Positions 40,420-51,062 are shown, numbered from the stretch's first letter. The stretch: 64,000 nucleotides of DNA from Bacteroidota bacterium (GCA_947496065.1 CANMBF010000009.1:2955-66954); one strand, 5' to 3'. Numbers and translations: made by a program. The notes: a model not told the origin generated them from the sequence alone.

Positions 40420-40902
40420 TCCAAATTTATTTTTTCCTCAATTCGTACTAAGCACCCACCAACGTTCTCGCCACGAGGCGCCTTTCGATGACCATTTCTG
40501 TATTCTCACAGATTGGTTAAACCCAGTACTCGAAAAAACAAAATTTTGGGAAGGGGTCATCGCTTTCTTTAGATGGTTTGGTATACAACCAGTGGCTGGA
40601 CAAACAGTAAGGAAGAATGTTTAGGTTTAGAAACACGCTTGTATTCAATGCTTTTTAAACAAGCAGGTCTTCGCTGATTTTTCTTTAAAAAAGCAATCAT
40701 TTGTATTTAAAATAATTGTTTAGTGCAAATTTTCTTAGAATTAAAATGATTTAACAATTATTGGTATGCTCAGATAAAGTTTATGTTTGTTACAAATAAT
40801 TTAATTATCGATTAACCTTATTAACTGCAGAGATTAAAGAAGGAAAAGTGTTAAAAGGATCAGAAGGTCAATAGATATAAGCTACTTTAAGACAAACAAG
40901 CA

Positions 40903-41961
40903 TTGAAAATAACAAACATAAATATCTTTCAATCATTTCTTCAATCAATTTTTAATTGGAGGTATTGGCAGATGGAATTTTTGTATTTTCCATTAACCTT
41001 TTATGTTTTTTTTATAGGTTCATTAAAAACAGGAAGATTATTTTACTTTGCTGCCGCTAACCCTAAAATACCTTTGGGGGGATTTGCAAATGATTCTAAA
41101 TATTCTATTATAAAAAATATTCCTACTGATTTTAAGCCTAAAACTTTATTAATTTTAAAAAATGATAATTCCGAGAATCTTCGGAACAAAATTAAAAGTG
41201 AAGATTTTCGATTTCCACTTTTTGTAAAGCCAGACATTGGAGAAGGTGGTTTTCTTGCAAATAAAATAAATTCTTGGGATGAATTATTAAATTATCATTT
41301 AAAACACGCTATGGATTATTTGGTGCAAGAATTTATAAACTATCCGTTAGAATTAAGTATTCTTATTCACAATGCAGAAGGTGCGTTTAAAATTAGTAGT
41401 ATTACGGAAAGAAAACACTTATTTATTACTGGTGATGGTTATTCTAATTTAGAAAAATTATTGCGCATGGATAAAAGCGCTAAGTTCAGAATTAATAGCA
41501 TCTTAAATCGATGCGAAAGTCAATTAAATACTGTACTCGAAAAAGGACAAACCTATCAACCAATATCGATTGGAAATTGGGATTATGGCGCTACATATTA
41601 TGAAAGGACTGAACTCTTAAATAAAATTATATTAAATTCTTTTGAAAATTTGAATACAAAAATAAATTTATTTAACTATGCCCGTTATGATATCATGTGC
41701 AATTCCATTGAAGATTTTTTGCAAGGTAAAATGATAATATTAGAAATAAACGGTGTCAAAGGCGAACCAATTCATATTTATGATATGAAGTATAACTTAT
41801 ACCAGGCCTATAAGGAAATATTTAAACATTGGGGTTTTATAATGAAAATTAGTAAACGCAATATTAGAGAAGGTGTTGTATGTCCTAATTTTATAAAAGG
41901 TTTTGATATGCTGCGTAACCATTACATAACAAAAAAAGCATCTCTCATAAAAAGAAATTAA
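40903..41961 (+). CDS. ATP-grasp domain protein (D-Ala-D-Ala ligase-like family)
   Basis: FAAANP, KPDIGEGG, LVQEFI, RYDI, LEING..GEP.HIYD. Confidence 0.8.
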   Translation: MKITNINIFQSFLQSIFNWRYWQMEFLYFPLTFYVFFIGSLKTGRLFYFAAANPKIPLGGFANDSKYSIIKNIPTDFKPKTLLILKNDNSENLRNKIKSEDFRFPLFVKPDIGEGGFLANKINSWDELLNYHLKHAMDYLVQEFINYPLELSILIHNAEGAFKISSITERKHLFITGDGYSNLEKLLRMDKSAKFRINSILNRCESQLNTVLEKGQTYQPISIGNWDYGATYYERTELLNKIILNSFENLNTKINLFNYARYDIMCNSIEDFLQGKMIILEINGVKGEPIHIYDMKYNLYQAYKEIFKHWGFIMKISKRNIREGVVCPNFIKGFDMLRNHYITKKASLIKRN

Positions 41962-41962
41962 A

Positions 41963-43069
41963 ATGAATAAATTAAAATTCACAAAAGACGAAGGGTCTGA
42001 ATTCTACAAAGAACTTAACGAAAAAATCGAACAGTACTTTGCCGTAAAAGGAATTCACAAGTCAGGAAACAAGATTATGATTTTCAAAATCATACTTTAC
42101 TTCAGTCTTGATATCTTGTTTTACAAACTTATGATAACAAGCACAACGACAATAGAATTTTACACATTCTATCTTTTAATGGGATTATCTGTTCTCTTGA
42201 CAGCATTTAACATTTCACACGATGCAGCACATGGTGTTGCAGTAAAAAGTAAGTTTTGGAATAACCTTTTATTTTCTTTAAGCTTTAACCTTCAAGGCAA
42301 CAATGCATACGTGTGGGGAAAAAATCACAACGAATCACACCATTTGTACACCAATGTTGAAGGAAGCGACATAGATGTTCTAAACAATCCATTGCTTCGT
42401 ATGACGGAAAATCAACCGTTGAAATGGTATCACCGCTTTCAATACTTGTATGCACCACTATTAAGTTTGCTATATTCCATAAATTGGTTTTTTATACGAG
42501 AAGCATTGATGCTTTTCAAATATTCAAGCAGAACAATTAAAATCGAAATTCCTCCAATGGAAGTTTTTAAACTTATTATTTTTAAGTTAATTTATCTTGT
42601 TTACATGTTAGTGTTACCAATCATGTTCTTACCATATGGAGTTTTAAATGTTTTTATTGTTTTTATTTTAAACCATTTCATGGTTTCCATTATTTTCACA
42701 AGTGTTCTAGGCGTTTCTCATCTTTCTGATTATGTTCATCATCCATACCCAGATAAAGAGGGAAGATTGCAAATGAGTTGGCCAAAACTGCAAATGATAA
42801 CATCGGTAGACTATAACGCAGAAAGCGTTTTTTTTAATTGGACTTTAGGTGGTTTTAATGCGCATGCTTTGCATCATCTTTTGCCTAACATCAGCCATGT
42901 TCATTACCTAAAAATATTGCCAATATTTGTTGAAACAGCAAAGAAACATAACATCAATTATATGAATATGCCCTACAAAGAAGCCCTTAGTTCATACTAT
43001 CGCTTTTTATACAAAATGGGAAATCAAGAACATATGAAACCCTTAATTTATGAAAGCAAAACATCTTAA
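41963..43069 (+). CDS. Membrane fatty-acid desaturase
   Basis: His boxes HDAAH, HNESHH, HALHH. Confidence 0.9.
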   Translation: MNKLKFTKDEGSEFYKELNEKIEQYFAVKGIHKSGNKIMIFKIILYFSLDILFYKLMITSTTTIEFYTFYLLMGLSVLLTAFNISHDAAHGVAVKSKFWNNLLFSLSFNLQGNNAYVWGKNHNESHHLYTNVEGSDIDVLNNPLLRMTENQPLKWYHRFQYLYAPLLSLLYSINWFFIREALMLFKYSSRTIKIEIPPMEVFKLIIFKLIYLVYMLVLPIMFLPYGVLNVFIVFILNHFMVSIIFTSVLGVSHLSDYVHHPYPDKEGRLQMSWPKLQMITSVDYNAESVFFNWTLGGFNAHALHHLLPNISHVHYLKILPIFVETAKKHNINYMNMPYKEALSSYYRFLYKMGNQEHMKPLIYESKTS

Positions 43070-44123
43070 TATACCGGAGGATACAGCGCTTTACAACTCT
43101 ATTTACAAGGAGATAAAAGAAACAATTGTGTTTGACAAAAAAGAAGTCAACCGCTACTTCTTTTTAAAGTTTTTGTTTTATGGTTCCTTGAGTATAGGGT
43201 CATATATATTACTCTTTATTTTAACAAATCCATTTTTATTCGTGTTGGATTTTGTGTTTTTTGGTTTTGTTGCAGTATTGCTGTGCTTTAATTTTGCTCA
43301 CGACTTTTCACATCACGCAATATTTAAACGTCCGTATTGGGACAATTTGGCATTTGAATTCATATACACTTTAGTTGGAGCGCATCCTGAGGCATGGAAG
43401 GGGAGACATATAAACTCCCATCATTTTGCTCCTAATGTTGAACATTTTGATACTGACCTTGCAATAACAGGCCTAATTAGAGTTTTGCCAACAAGCAATT
43501 TAAAATGGTATCACAAGTTTCAACATCTATATGCACCATTTGCATATGCCACCTATTCGCTTTATTGGGTTTGTATCAAAGATTTTATTGTTTTATCGCA
43601 GTCAAAACACAAAAATGCTTCATCAAAATTCAAATATTACATGGTATTTTATTTCCTGAAAATGTTTTACATTTTTTATTTATTAATTCTTCCATTGTTA
43701 TTCTCTCACCAATCAGGGTTGGTAATTTTTATTTCTTTCATTGTAATGCATTTTGTTCAATCCATCTATACCCTGTTTACTTTTTTTATCACTCATCATG
43801 TTGCAGAATCAAATTATCCTGTAGCCGATAGCAGTGGATTAATCAATACTTCGTGGTTTAAAAATCAAATAAACAGTTCTAATAATTTTTATCCATTCAG
43901 CCAAATTGGAAATTTTATTTTTGGAGGCGTAAACAATCATATTGCACATCATCTTTTTCCGCACATTAATCACTATCATTATCCTAAAATTAATATTTTA
44001 TTGTTTCGCAGGCTAGAAGAATGCGGAATTACACCAAGTGTTACCACTTATTTTGGTGGGGTAGTTTCTCATTTACGTTTACTTAAAATGATGGGCTATG
44101 TTAACAAAAAAAACAGCGGATAA
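43050..44123 (+). CDS. Membrane fatty-acid desaturase
   Basis: His boxes HDFSH, HINSHH, HIAHH. Confidence 0.9.
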   Translation: MKAKHLNIPEDTALYNSIYKEIKETIVFDKKEVNRYFFLKFLFYGSLSIGSYILLFILTNPFLFVLDFVFFGFVAVLLCFNFAHDFSHHAIFKRPYWDNLAFEFIYTLVGAHPEAWKGRHINSHHFAPNVEHFDTDLAITGLIRVLPTSNLKWYHKFQHLYAPFAYATYSLYWVCIKDFIVLSQSKHKNASSKFKYYMVFYFLKMFYIFYLLILPLLFSHQSGLVIFISFIVMHFVQSIYTLFTFFITHHVAESNYPVADSSGLINTSWFKNQINSSNNFYPFSQIGNFIFGGVNNHIAHHLFPHINHYHYPKINILLFRRLEECGITPSVTTYFGGVVSHLRLLKMMGYVNKKNSG

Positions 44124-44285
44124 CATTTACTACCCAAAAAGGGAGAATTCTTTCATCATTTTTGGCAGCCGTATATAATGGTTCGCTCCGCCTTCGGCGC
44201 ATCAAACACAACACATGACACACGAAAATAACGCCTTGTTTTAGATTCTGCAGAAAGCTGCAGACACAACACATGGCAACTAAAA

Positions 44286-44311
44286 CAAAAAATCCCGCTT
44301 TGGGCGGGATT
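44286..44311 (-). terminator. Terminator downstream of the GIY-YIG gene
   Basis: aatcccgc-tttgg-gcgggatt hairpin with T run on the minus strand. Confidence 0.7.
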
Positions 44312-44355
44312 ATGTTTTAGTAAGTGGAGGAAATGCGCGAAATGTCTAACTATTT

Positions 44356-44655
44356 TTAAGAATTTGGGTCTTCAGGTATTTTGTAACCTAATGATGTTAA
44401 AGTGAAATTTAGCATTAATTTTAATGCCCGTTTTCCTTTAGAAGATTTAAAATACTTTTCTCTGTAAATGGCATCATCTTTAAATAAGTAGTATTCAATA
44501 AAAATAAGCTTTAAAGGTCTTCGATGCTTTGTACTTATGGTTAAACCATCATTATGGTTATCAATTCGCTTATTGATATCTGTTGTAAATCCAACATATA
44601 ATTGATGGTCTTTTTCACTGAAAAGAACATACACTGCATAAGGCAATAGATTCAT
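44356..44655 (-). CDS. GIY-YIG nuclease family protein
   Basis: VYVL...LYVGFT.D...R...HN.G...STK.RRP..L...E......A..RE...K. Confidence 0.9.
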   Translation of the reverse strand: MNLLPYAVYVLFSEKDHQLYVGFTTDINKRIDNHNDGLTISTKHRRPLKLIFIEYYLFKDDAIYREKYFKSSKGKRALKLMLNFTLTSLGYKIPEDPNS

Positions 44656-44784
44656 AGTTTTAGACAGGCAAGATAATTAAAATTACTAAAAAACATTAAA
44701 GTGGACCCATGATAGAGACTTCCACTTCGTTCCAGTCACATCACGGGTACCACCCCGTGTCGTAAAACCCTGCCGAGAGTGCAT

Positions 44785-44817
44785 AAAAAAACCCTGAAGT
44801 ATAATTTCAGGGTTTTT
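44785..44817 (-). terminator. Terminator after tRNA-Phe
   Basis: aaaaaccctgaa-N7-ttcagggttttt with T run on the minus strand. Confidence 0.75.
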
Positions 44818-44828
44818 CTGACACGGGG

Positions 44829-44901
44829 TGGTACCTCCAGGAATCGAACCAGGGACACAAGGATTTTCAGTCCTTTGCTCTACCAACTGAGCTAAGGTAC
44901 C
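44829..44901 (-). tRNA. tRNA-Phe(GAA)
   Basis: GGTACCT/AGGTACC acceptor stem, AGCTCAGTTGGTAGAGC D arm, CT-GAA-AA loop, GGTTCGATTCC; TATTTTTG promoter at 44917-44924. Confidence 0.96.
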
Positions 44902-44991
44902 TCAAAATTGGGAGTGCAAAAATATAATTTTTTTTCGCTTTTCAAACATTTTTTCTCCTTTTGTTTTAATATTGAAGATTATTTCATCCGT

Positions 44992-46269
44992 ATGCTATCG
45001 CAAATATTCTTTTTAATCCTTTCTGCCATTGGTGTTTTCTACTTTACTAGAAGTATAAAAAAAATCAATCGCAACATTAATTTAGGTCAACCTTTGGAAA
45101 GAAGCGACAATATAGGCCTTAGAATTAAGACCATGACTTTAGTGGCATTAGGTCAAAGCAAAATGGTGGTGCGCCCCGTTGCTGGCTTCTTTCACATCCT
45201 AATTTATGTGGGCTTTGTGTTAATCAACATAGAAGTTTTGGAAATCTTATTAGATGGCATTTTAGGTACCCACCGCTTGTTTGAACCCCTATTAGGTGGC
45301 CTTTACACCATTGCCATTGGCTTTTTTGAACTATTGGCATTGGGCGTTATGTTGGCCTGTGTGGTTTTCCTAGCACGCAGAAATGTTACCAAACTGAAAC
45401 GTTTTACAGGAACCGAAATGAAAGGCTGGCCTATTTTCGATGCCAACGCTATTCTTGTCATAGAACTAATTTTAATGACGGCTCTTTTATTGATGAACGC
45501 TACCGATCGCTCATTAGCAGGTAGCATGCCCGTGAGCAGCTGGTTCAAACCTTTGTTTGCTGGTCTCAGCGACCATGCTGCGCATAGTGTTATGCTCGTT
45601 TGTTGGTGGATTCACTGGATTGGCATTCTTTTGTTCTTAAATTATGTACCTTTCAGCAAACACCTCCATATTTTTATGGCTTTCCCGAATACCTATTACA
45701 GCAATTTGAACCCCAAAGGCACCATCGATAACATGAAAAGTGTGACCACCGAGGTGCAATTAATGCTAGATCCAAATGCTGCCCCACCAGAAAATTATGA
45801 AGCCCCTACTGGCTTTGGTGCTAAAGATGTTAAAGATTTAAATTGGAAAAATTTGATGGATGCATACAGTTGCACAGAATGTGGCCGTTGCACCAGCGTT
45901 TGTCCAGCCAATATTACTGGTAAATTATTATCGCCACGCAAAGTAATGATGGATACCCGCGATAGACTTGAAGAATTTGGCAACGCCTTGGATCAAAACA
46001 AAGCTACCCCTGATTACCACGATGGCAAAAGCTTGCACGACCGCACCACTGCGGAAGAGCTTTGGGCTTGTACGACTTGTAACGCTTGTGCCGAAGCCTG
46101 CCCTGTGAACATTAGTCCTGTAGACATCATCATGCAAATGCGCCAATACCTTGTAATGGAACAAAGTGCCGCCCCTTCGGAATTAAATGGCATGCTCACC
46201 AACCTTGAAAACAATGGCGCCCCTTGGCAGTTTTCACCAACTGATAGAGCCAATTGGACCCAATCCTAA
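44992..46269 (+). CDS. Membrane-bound 2x[4Fe-4S] oxidoreductase subunit (FadF N-half-like)
   Basis: TM helices, SKHLH, CTECGRCTSVCP, CTTCNACAEACP. Confidence 0.88.
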   Translation: MLSQIFFLILSAIGVFYFTRSIKKINRNINLGQPLERSDNIGLRIKTMTLVALGQSKMVVRPVAGFFHILIYVGFVLINIEVLEILLDGILGTHRLFEPLLGGLYTIAIGFFELLALGVMLACVVFLARRNVTKLKRFTGTEMKGWPIFDANAILVIELILMTALLLMNATDRSLAGSMPVSSWFKPLFAGLSDHAAHSVMLVCWWIHWIGILLFLNYVPFSKHLHIFMAFPNTYYSNLNPKGTIDNMKSVTTEVQLMLDPNAAPPENYEAPTGFGAKDVKDLNWKNLMDAYSCTECGRCTSVCPANITGKLLSPRKVMMDTRDRLEEFGNALDQNKATPDYHDGKSLHDRTTAEELWACTTCNACAEACPVNISPVDIIMQMRQYLVMEQSAAPSELNGMLTNLENNGAPWQFSPTDRANWTQS

Positions 46270-46327
46270 TAACTTGATGCAACCTTTTAAAAAAAACAAG
46301 TCTAACCCTTACCTAAAATTCAATAAT

Positions 46328-48475
46328 ATGGCTAAAAATATTTACATGAAATTATTGGTGCTAACACTCTTCCTATCTGCAGCAATGCAAATAGAAGCTA
46401 AATGTGATTGGTACAAAATGTCACCAACTTGGACATATACCGTTAATGGAGGAACCATAGCAGCTAGTAATAATCTAGCCAAATACCCTTGTGTTCAATC
46501 CTTTTGGTCGTTGGCAGGAGCAACACCAATTAAAGCCAAAACTATTACTTATAAAGTAACAAAGAATGGGATCTATAAACTTTGCATGAAGCTTTATGAC
46601 ACATGCAATCGTTGCGATACTGTCATTTGCAAAGAAATTAAAGTCGATGGTATTAAATCGTGCAGTGTTGATTTTGTGGCCGATATTACCAAAGATGGGG
46701 TAAAATTCAAAGCCCTTTTCCCTTGTAATGGCAAGGCCGTATTCTCATGGAAATTTGGCAATGGCACCTTTGGTAAAACTGGCGACCCATTAGTTAAATA
46801 TGCCAAAGGCACTTACGAAGCTTGCTTAACAGCCAAATGTTATACCTACGGATTGAACAACAATATTATTGATTCTTGCGAAGCTAAAATTTGCAAGAAA
46901 ATAGTGATAAAAGCCAACCCCTGCGAACTAAAAGGTGATTTTTATTTTAAAGTAGGCGACAAAAACATGATCACTTTTGTGGGTTATGCCAACGAACAAA
47001 ACTTATTATACGAGTGGACCATCGATGGCACTACCACTAAGAAGGGCCGTGACTTTAATATGACCTTGTCACCTGGCACCCATAAAGTATGTGTGACCAT
47101 CTACAATCCTAAAACAGGTTGTAAAACAACCGTGTGCAAAACCATCGAAATACCACAACCTAAATTAGAATGCAAAGTTGATTTTACGGCCGAAATTACA
47201 AAGGATGGTGTGAAATTTAAACCGAATTTCCCTTGCAATGGCATCGCCACTTATTTATGGAAATTCGGCAACGGCACTTTCTCAAGCAATTTCGATCCGT
47301 TTGTAAAATATGCCAAAGGCACTTATGAAGTATGCTTATACGCCAAATGTAAAGTGTACAATAAAGATAAAAAAGCTTATGATTCTTGTGAAACAAAAAT
47401 CTGTAAGACCATTGTAATCAAAGAAAACCCTTGTTCATTAAAAGGTGAATTTAGCTTTAAAATTGGTGCCAGTAATTTGGTGACCTTTATTGCAACTGCC
47501 AACGAACAAAACCTTTTATATGAGTGGACCATCGATGGCACTACTTCTAAAAAGGGCCGCGATTTCAACATGACCTTATCACCAGGCACCCACAAAGTTT
47601 GCGTGACCATTTACAACCCAAAAACCAATTGTAAAATCACAATTTGTAAAACTATTACCATCAATAATGAAGAAAGATGCATACTGCCAAAAGGATGGGG
47701 AAGTTCGAATATTTGCACCACCTATAATTTCGAAGGGTTTAAAGCAGTGGATGGCAAAGGCACCCTTATTAATAATCTATGCCATCAATACAGTTGGGAC
47801 TTTGGCGATAAAACAACCGCTACAGGTCGTTTGATTAAGCATATTTATGCTAAGCCTGGCACTTATAAAGTTTGTATGAGAGTGGTAGATACTTGCTTAA
47901 AATGCGATACCTCTATTTGCCGCGAAATCGTTGTTAAAGCATGTTGCAACAGTCAAATCAATGCTGAGTTTACTGATTCTATTAAACTTGGAGGCATCGT
48001 TAAATTTGTCAATACATCAACTGGAGGAATTTATTTCAAATGGATATTTGGCGATAATACTTCTTCCAACGATAAAAACATTTCACATACATATGCCGTT
48101 GCTGGCAGTTACAAAGTTTGCTTGGTGGCTTACGATTCATTGAAAAATTGTACAGACACCTTCTGCAAAACCATACAGGTTACCATTAAACGCGGCAGTA
48201 CCGAGGCTATGTCAATTACTGGTGCAACAATGGCACAGTGGGACTTATACCCTAATCCTACAAGTGATGCTTTAACCATTAGTGGCTTTAATTTTAGCAA
48301 TGGCGATATCATTCGTATTAAAGATATTGCAGGTAAAACAGTGTTAGAAATTTATATTGAAAAAGCTGTAACAGAAACCACCCTATCGCTCGAACATTTA
48401 GTGCCTGGTATTTATACAATTCAATGGCAATCGCTTGCTGGCAATTCGGTTCAATCCAAACTGATTAAGCAATAA
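46328..48475 (+). CDS. Cys/Lys-rich PKD-repeat T9SS-secreted protein (start probably 46328)
   Basis: Signal peptide, W.FG.G..G.Y.VCL PKD repeats with paired Cys, LYPNPT CTD. Confidence 0.8.
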   Translation: MAKNIYMKLLVLTLFLSAAMQIEAKCDWYKMSPTWTYTVNGGTIAASNNLAKYPCVQSFWSLAGATPIKAKTITYKVTKNGIYKLCMKLYDTCNRCDTVICKEIKVDGIKSCSVDFVADITKDGVKFKALFPCNGKAVFSWKFGNGTFGKTGDPLVKYAKGTYEACLTAKCYTYGLNNNIIDSCEAKICKKIVIKANPCELKGDFYFKVGDKNMITFVGYANEQNLLYEWTIDGTTTKKGRDFNMTLSPGTHKVCVTIYNPKTGCKTTVCKTIEIPQPKLECKVDFTAEITKDGVKFKPNFPCNGIATYLWKFGNGTFSSNFDPFVKYAKGTYEVCLYAKCKVYNKDKKAYDSCETKICKTIVIKENPCSLKGEFSFKIGASNLVTFIATANEQNLLYEWTIDGTTSKKGRDFNMTLSPGTHKVCVTIYNPKTNCKITICKTITINNEERCILPKGWGSSNICTTYNFEGFKAVDGKGTLINNLCHQYSWDFGDKTTATGRLIKHIYAKPGTYKVCMRVVDTCLKCDTSICREIVVKACCNSQINAEFTDSIKLGGIVKFVNTSTGGIYFKWIFGDNTSSNDKNISHTYAVAGSYKVCLVAYDSLKNCTDTFCKTIQVTIKRGSTEAMSITGATMAQWDLYPNPTSDALTISGFNFSNGDIIRIKDIAGKTVLEIYIEKAVTETTLSLEHLVPGIYTIQWQSLAGNSVQSKLIKQ
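46661..47680 (+). repeat. 510-bp (170-aa) intragenic tandem duplication
   Basis: gttgatttt at 46667/47177; gccaacgaacaaaac at 46988/47498. Confidence 0.85.
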
Positions 48476-48496
48476 GTAATCAATAAACCCCTTTTT

Positions 48497-48532
48497 AAAG
48501 GCCTTGCGACTGTAAAAGTTCAAGGCCTTTTT
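48497..48532 (+). terminator. Terminator after the PKD gene
   Basis: aaaggccttg...caaggccttt plus T run. Confidence 0.7.
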
Positions 48533-48643
48533 AATGCTTAAGTAATTGTATTTAAGCAGTTTAAAAATATCTCAAAAAATCAATTTCAATTCAAATTTTG
48601 TGGTTTTTTAAATTATCGTACTTTTGCACCCGTAATTATAATT

Positions 48644-49702
48644 ATGAGCATTTCAAAAATACAGGAATTATTAGGCGCAGATGCCGATAACCTTTTAAAA
48701 CATGAATCCACAACCATCAGCAAAGATTTATTACATTTACCTGGTGGCGATTTCGTTAACCGCGTTTTTTCACAAACCAACCGTTCACCACAAGTACTAA
48801 GAAGTTTAAGTGCTTTGTATAACCATGGCCGTTTATCAGGTACAGGTTATATGAGTATCCTCCCTGTCGATCAAGGTATAGAGCACAGTGCTGGTGCTTC
48901 TTTTGCGCCAAACCCAATATTTTTTGATCCAGAAAACATCGTTAAATTAGCGGTTGAAGGCGGTTGTAATGCGGTTGCTTCAACCTATGGTGTATTGGCT
49001 GCAACTAGCAGAAAATATGCACACCAAATACCTTTCATTGTAAAAATTAACCACAATGAATTTTTAACTTATCCTAACAAATTTGATCAAATCATGTTTG
49101 GAAGTGTTGATGATGCTTGGAACCTAGGCGCTACTGCTGTAGGTGCTACCATCTACTTTGGTTCTCCAGAATCTGGTCGCCAAATTGTTGAAGTTGCTCA
49201 AGCATTCGAAAGAGCGCATGAACTAGGAATGGCTACCATCCTATGGTGTTACTTAAGAAACAATGGTTTCAAAAAAGATGGCATCGATTACCACGCAGCA
49301 GCAGATTTGACTGCTCAGGCCAATCATTTGGGCGTTACGATCCAAGCGGATATTATCAAACAAAAATTACCTACTAACAATGGCGGTTACAACGCGGTTA
49401 ACTTTGGTAAAACACACCCTAAAGTATACAGTGAATTATCGACCGACCACCCAATTGATTTAGCGAGATACCAAGTGGCCAATTGCTATATGGGTAGAAT
49501 GGGCTTAATTAATAGCGGTGGCGAAAGTAAAGGTGCTACCGATTTAGCCGAAGCAGTAACAACAGCCGTCATCAATAAACGTGCTGGTGGTCAAGGTTTA
49601 ATTAGTGGTAGAAAAGCTTTCCAAAAGCCTATGAACGAAGGTGTAGCATTGTTAAACGCAATTCAAGATGTATATCTTGAAAAAGAAATAACTATTGCGT
49701 AA
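48644..49702 (+). CDS. fbaB: Class I fructose-bisphosphate aldolase
   Basis: [29 protein letters not shown]; TACTTTTG promoter at 48619-48626. Confidence 0.95.
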   Translation: MSISKIQELLGADADNLLKHESTTISKDLLHLPGGDFVNRVFSQTNRSPQVLRSLSALYNHGRLSGTGYMSILPVDQGIEHSAGASFAPNPIFFDPENIVKLAVEGGCNAVASTYGVLAATSRKYAHQIPFIVKINHNEFLTYPNKFDQIMFGSVDDAWNLGATAVGATIYFGSPESGRQIVEVAQAFERAHELGMATILWCYLRNNGFKKDGIDYHAAADLTAQANHLGVTIQADIIKQKLPTNNGGYNAVNFGKTHPKVYSELSTDHPIDLARYQVANCYMGRMGLINSGGESKGATDLAEAVTTAVINKRAGGQGLISGRKAFQKPMNEGVALLNAIQDVYLEKEITIA

Positions 49703-49733
49703 TCCATTTCTTTCTCTTAATCTTGTATCATAA

Positions 49734-50579
49734 ATGAGTTGGTTTAAACGTGTTTCTGAAGGTATTACTACCAAAACTAAGGAGAAGAAAGCTACTCCAG
49801 ATGGTCTTTGGGAAAAATGTCCTAGATGCAAAAGTATTACCCCACGCAAAGATTTAGTGGAGAGTAAATATGTATGCCCTTCATGCGATTACCATTACAA
49901 GATAAGCTCAAAAGAATATTTCGAGGTATTGTTCGATGATAATAAATTCAAAGAATTAGATGCCAATATTACTTCGGGCGATCCACTAGAATTTACAGAT
50001 ACCAAACCTTATAAGAACAGAATAAAAGATAGTATTGCTAAGAGTGGTTTGAAAGATGCTGTGCGTTGTGCTGTTGGCAAATCGAACGGACGCAAAGTGG
50101 TGATAGCATGTATGGATTTTAATTTCATTGGCGGATCAATGGGAAGTGTTGTTGGCGAAAAAATTGCACGTGCCATTGACTATGCCCGTGAGAACAAACA
50201 TCCCATGGTTATAATTAGCAAAAGTGGCGGTGCCCGTATGATGGAAGCCGCTTTTTCTTTAATGCAAATGGCCAAAACATCGGCTAAGTTAGCGTTGTTG
50301 GCGAAAGAACATATTCCATATATTTCAATCTTAACTGATCCTACAACGGGCGGTATTACAGCATCGTTTGCGATGTTAGGTGATTTTAATATTGCGGAAC
50401 CTGAAGCCTTAATTGGTTTTGCTGGACCACGCGTTATTAAAGAAACCATTGGCAAAGATTTACCCAAAGGATTTCAAAGTTCAGAGTTCTTGCTGGAACA
50501 TGGCTTTGTAGATTTAATCGCCCACAGAAATGTATTGAAAGATAAAGTCAGTTTGCTGTTAAGTCATATTTGGGATTAA
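49734..50579 (+). CDS. accD: Acetyl-CoA carboxylase carboxyltransferase beta subunit
   Basis: Zn finger, [31 protein letters not shown]. Confidence 0.96.
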   Translation: MSWFKRVSEGITTKTKEKKATPDGLWEKCPRCKSITPRKDLVESKYVCPSCDYHYKISSKEYFEVLFDDNKFKELDANITSGDPLEFTDTKPYKNRIKDSIAKSGLKDAVRCAVGKSNGRKVVIACMDFNFIGGSMGSVVGEKIARAIDYARENKHPMVIISKSGGARMMEAAFSLMQMAKTSAKLALLAKEHIPYISILTDPTTGGITASFAMLGDFNIAEPEALIGFAGPRVIKETIGKDLPKGFQSSEFLLEHGFVDLIAHRNVLKDKVSLLLSHIWD

Positions 50580-50641
50580 GAATAAACTTTCGAAAGACAA
50601 AAAAATAAAATATTAAAAATTTAAAATAAAATAAAATAAAG

Positions 50642-51022
50642 ATGAATTTTCCTGAGAATTTAAAATACACCAAAGAGCACGAATGGATTAGTGTTGAAGG
50701 TGAAGTTGCAACTGTAGGTATTACAGATTTTGCACAAGGTGAACTTGGTGATATCGTATTCGTAGAAATCGAAACCAAAGGTCAAACACTTGCCAAAGAA
50801 GCTACTTTTGGTACAGTAGAAGCTGTAAAAACAGTAAGTGATTTGTTTATGCCAATTGGAGGCGAAATTTTGGATGTGAACGCTGGTCTAGAATCACAGC
50901 CGGAATTGGTTAACCAAGATTGTTACAATGGTGGATGGATGGTTAAAATTAAAGTTTCAAATAGCGCTGAGTTAAACGATTTGTTAGACGTAGCCGCTTA
51001 TAAAGCTTTAATTGGGCATTAA
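50642..51022 (+). CDS. gcvH: Glycine cleavage system H protein
   Basis: YTKEHEW, GITDFAQ.ELGD, VEAVKT lipoyl-Lys. Confidence 0.96.
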   Translation: MNFPENLKYTKEHEWISVEGEVATVGITDFAQGELGDIVFVEIETKGQTLAKEATFGTVEAVKTVSDLFMPIGGEILDVNAGLESQPELVNQDCYNGGWMVKIKVSNSAELNDLLDVAAYKALIGH

Positions 51023-51062
51023 TAACTTCATTTTTTAAAATTAAAACTGTCTAAAGTCAGAT

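Noticed and set aside
44205-44276. Two copies of acacaacacatg
   Set aside because: Short, low-complexity, and no interpretable structure.
40430-44829. Prophage or integrative element at tRNA-Phe
   Set aside because: No integrase, and no direct repeat of the tRNA 3' end was found; the copy present is inverted.
44686-44886. 66-aa ORF MVEQRTENPCVPG
   Set aside because: It is a translation of tRNA-Phe and its trailer.
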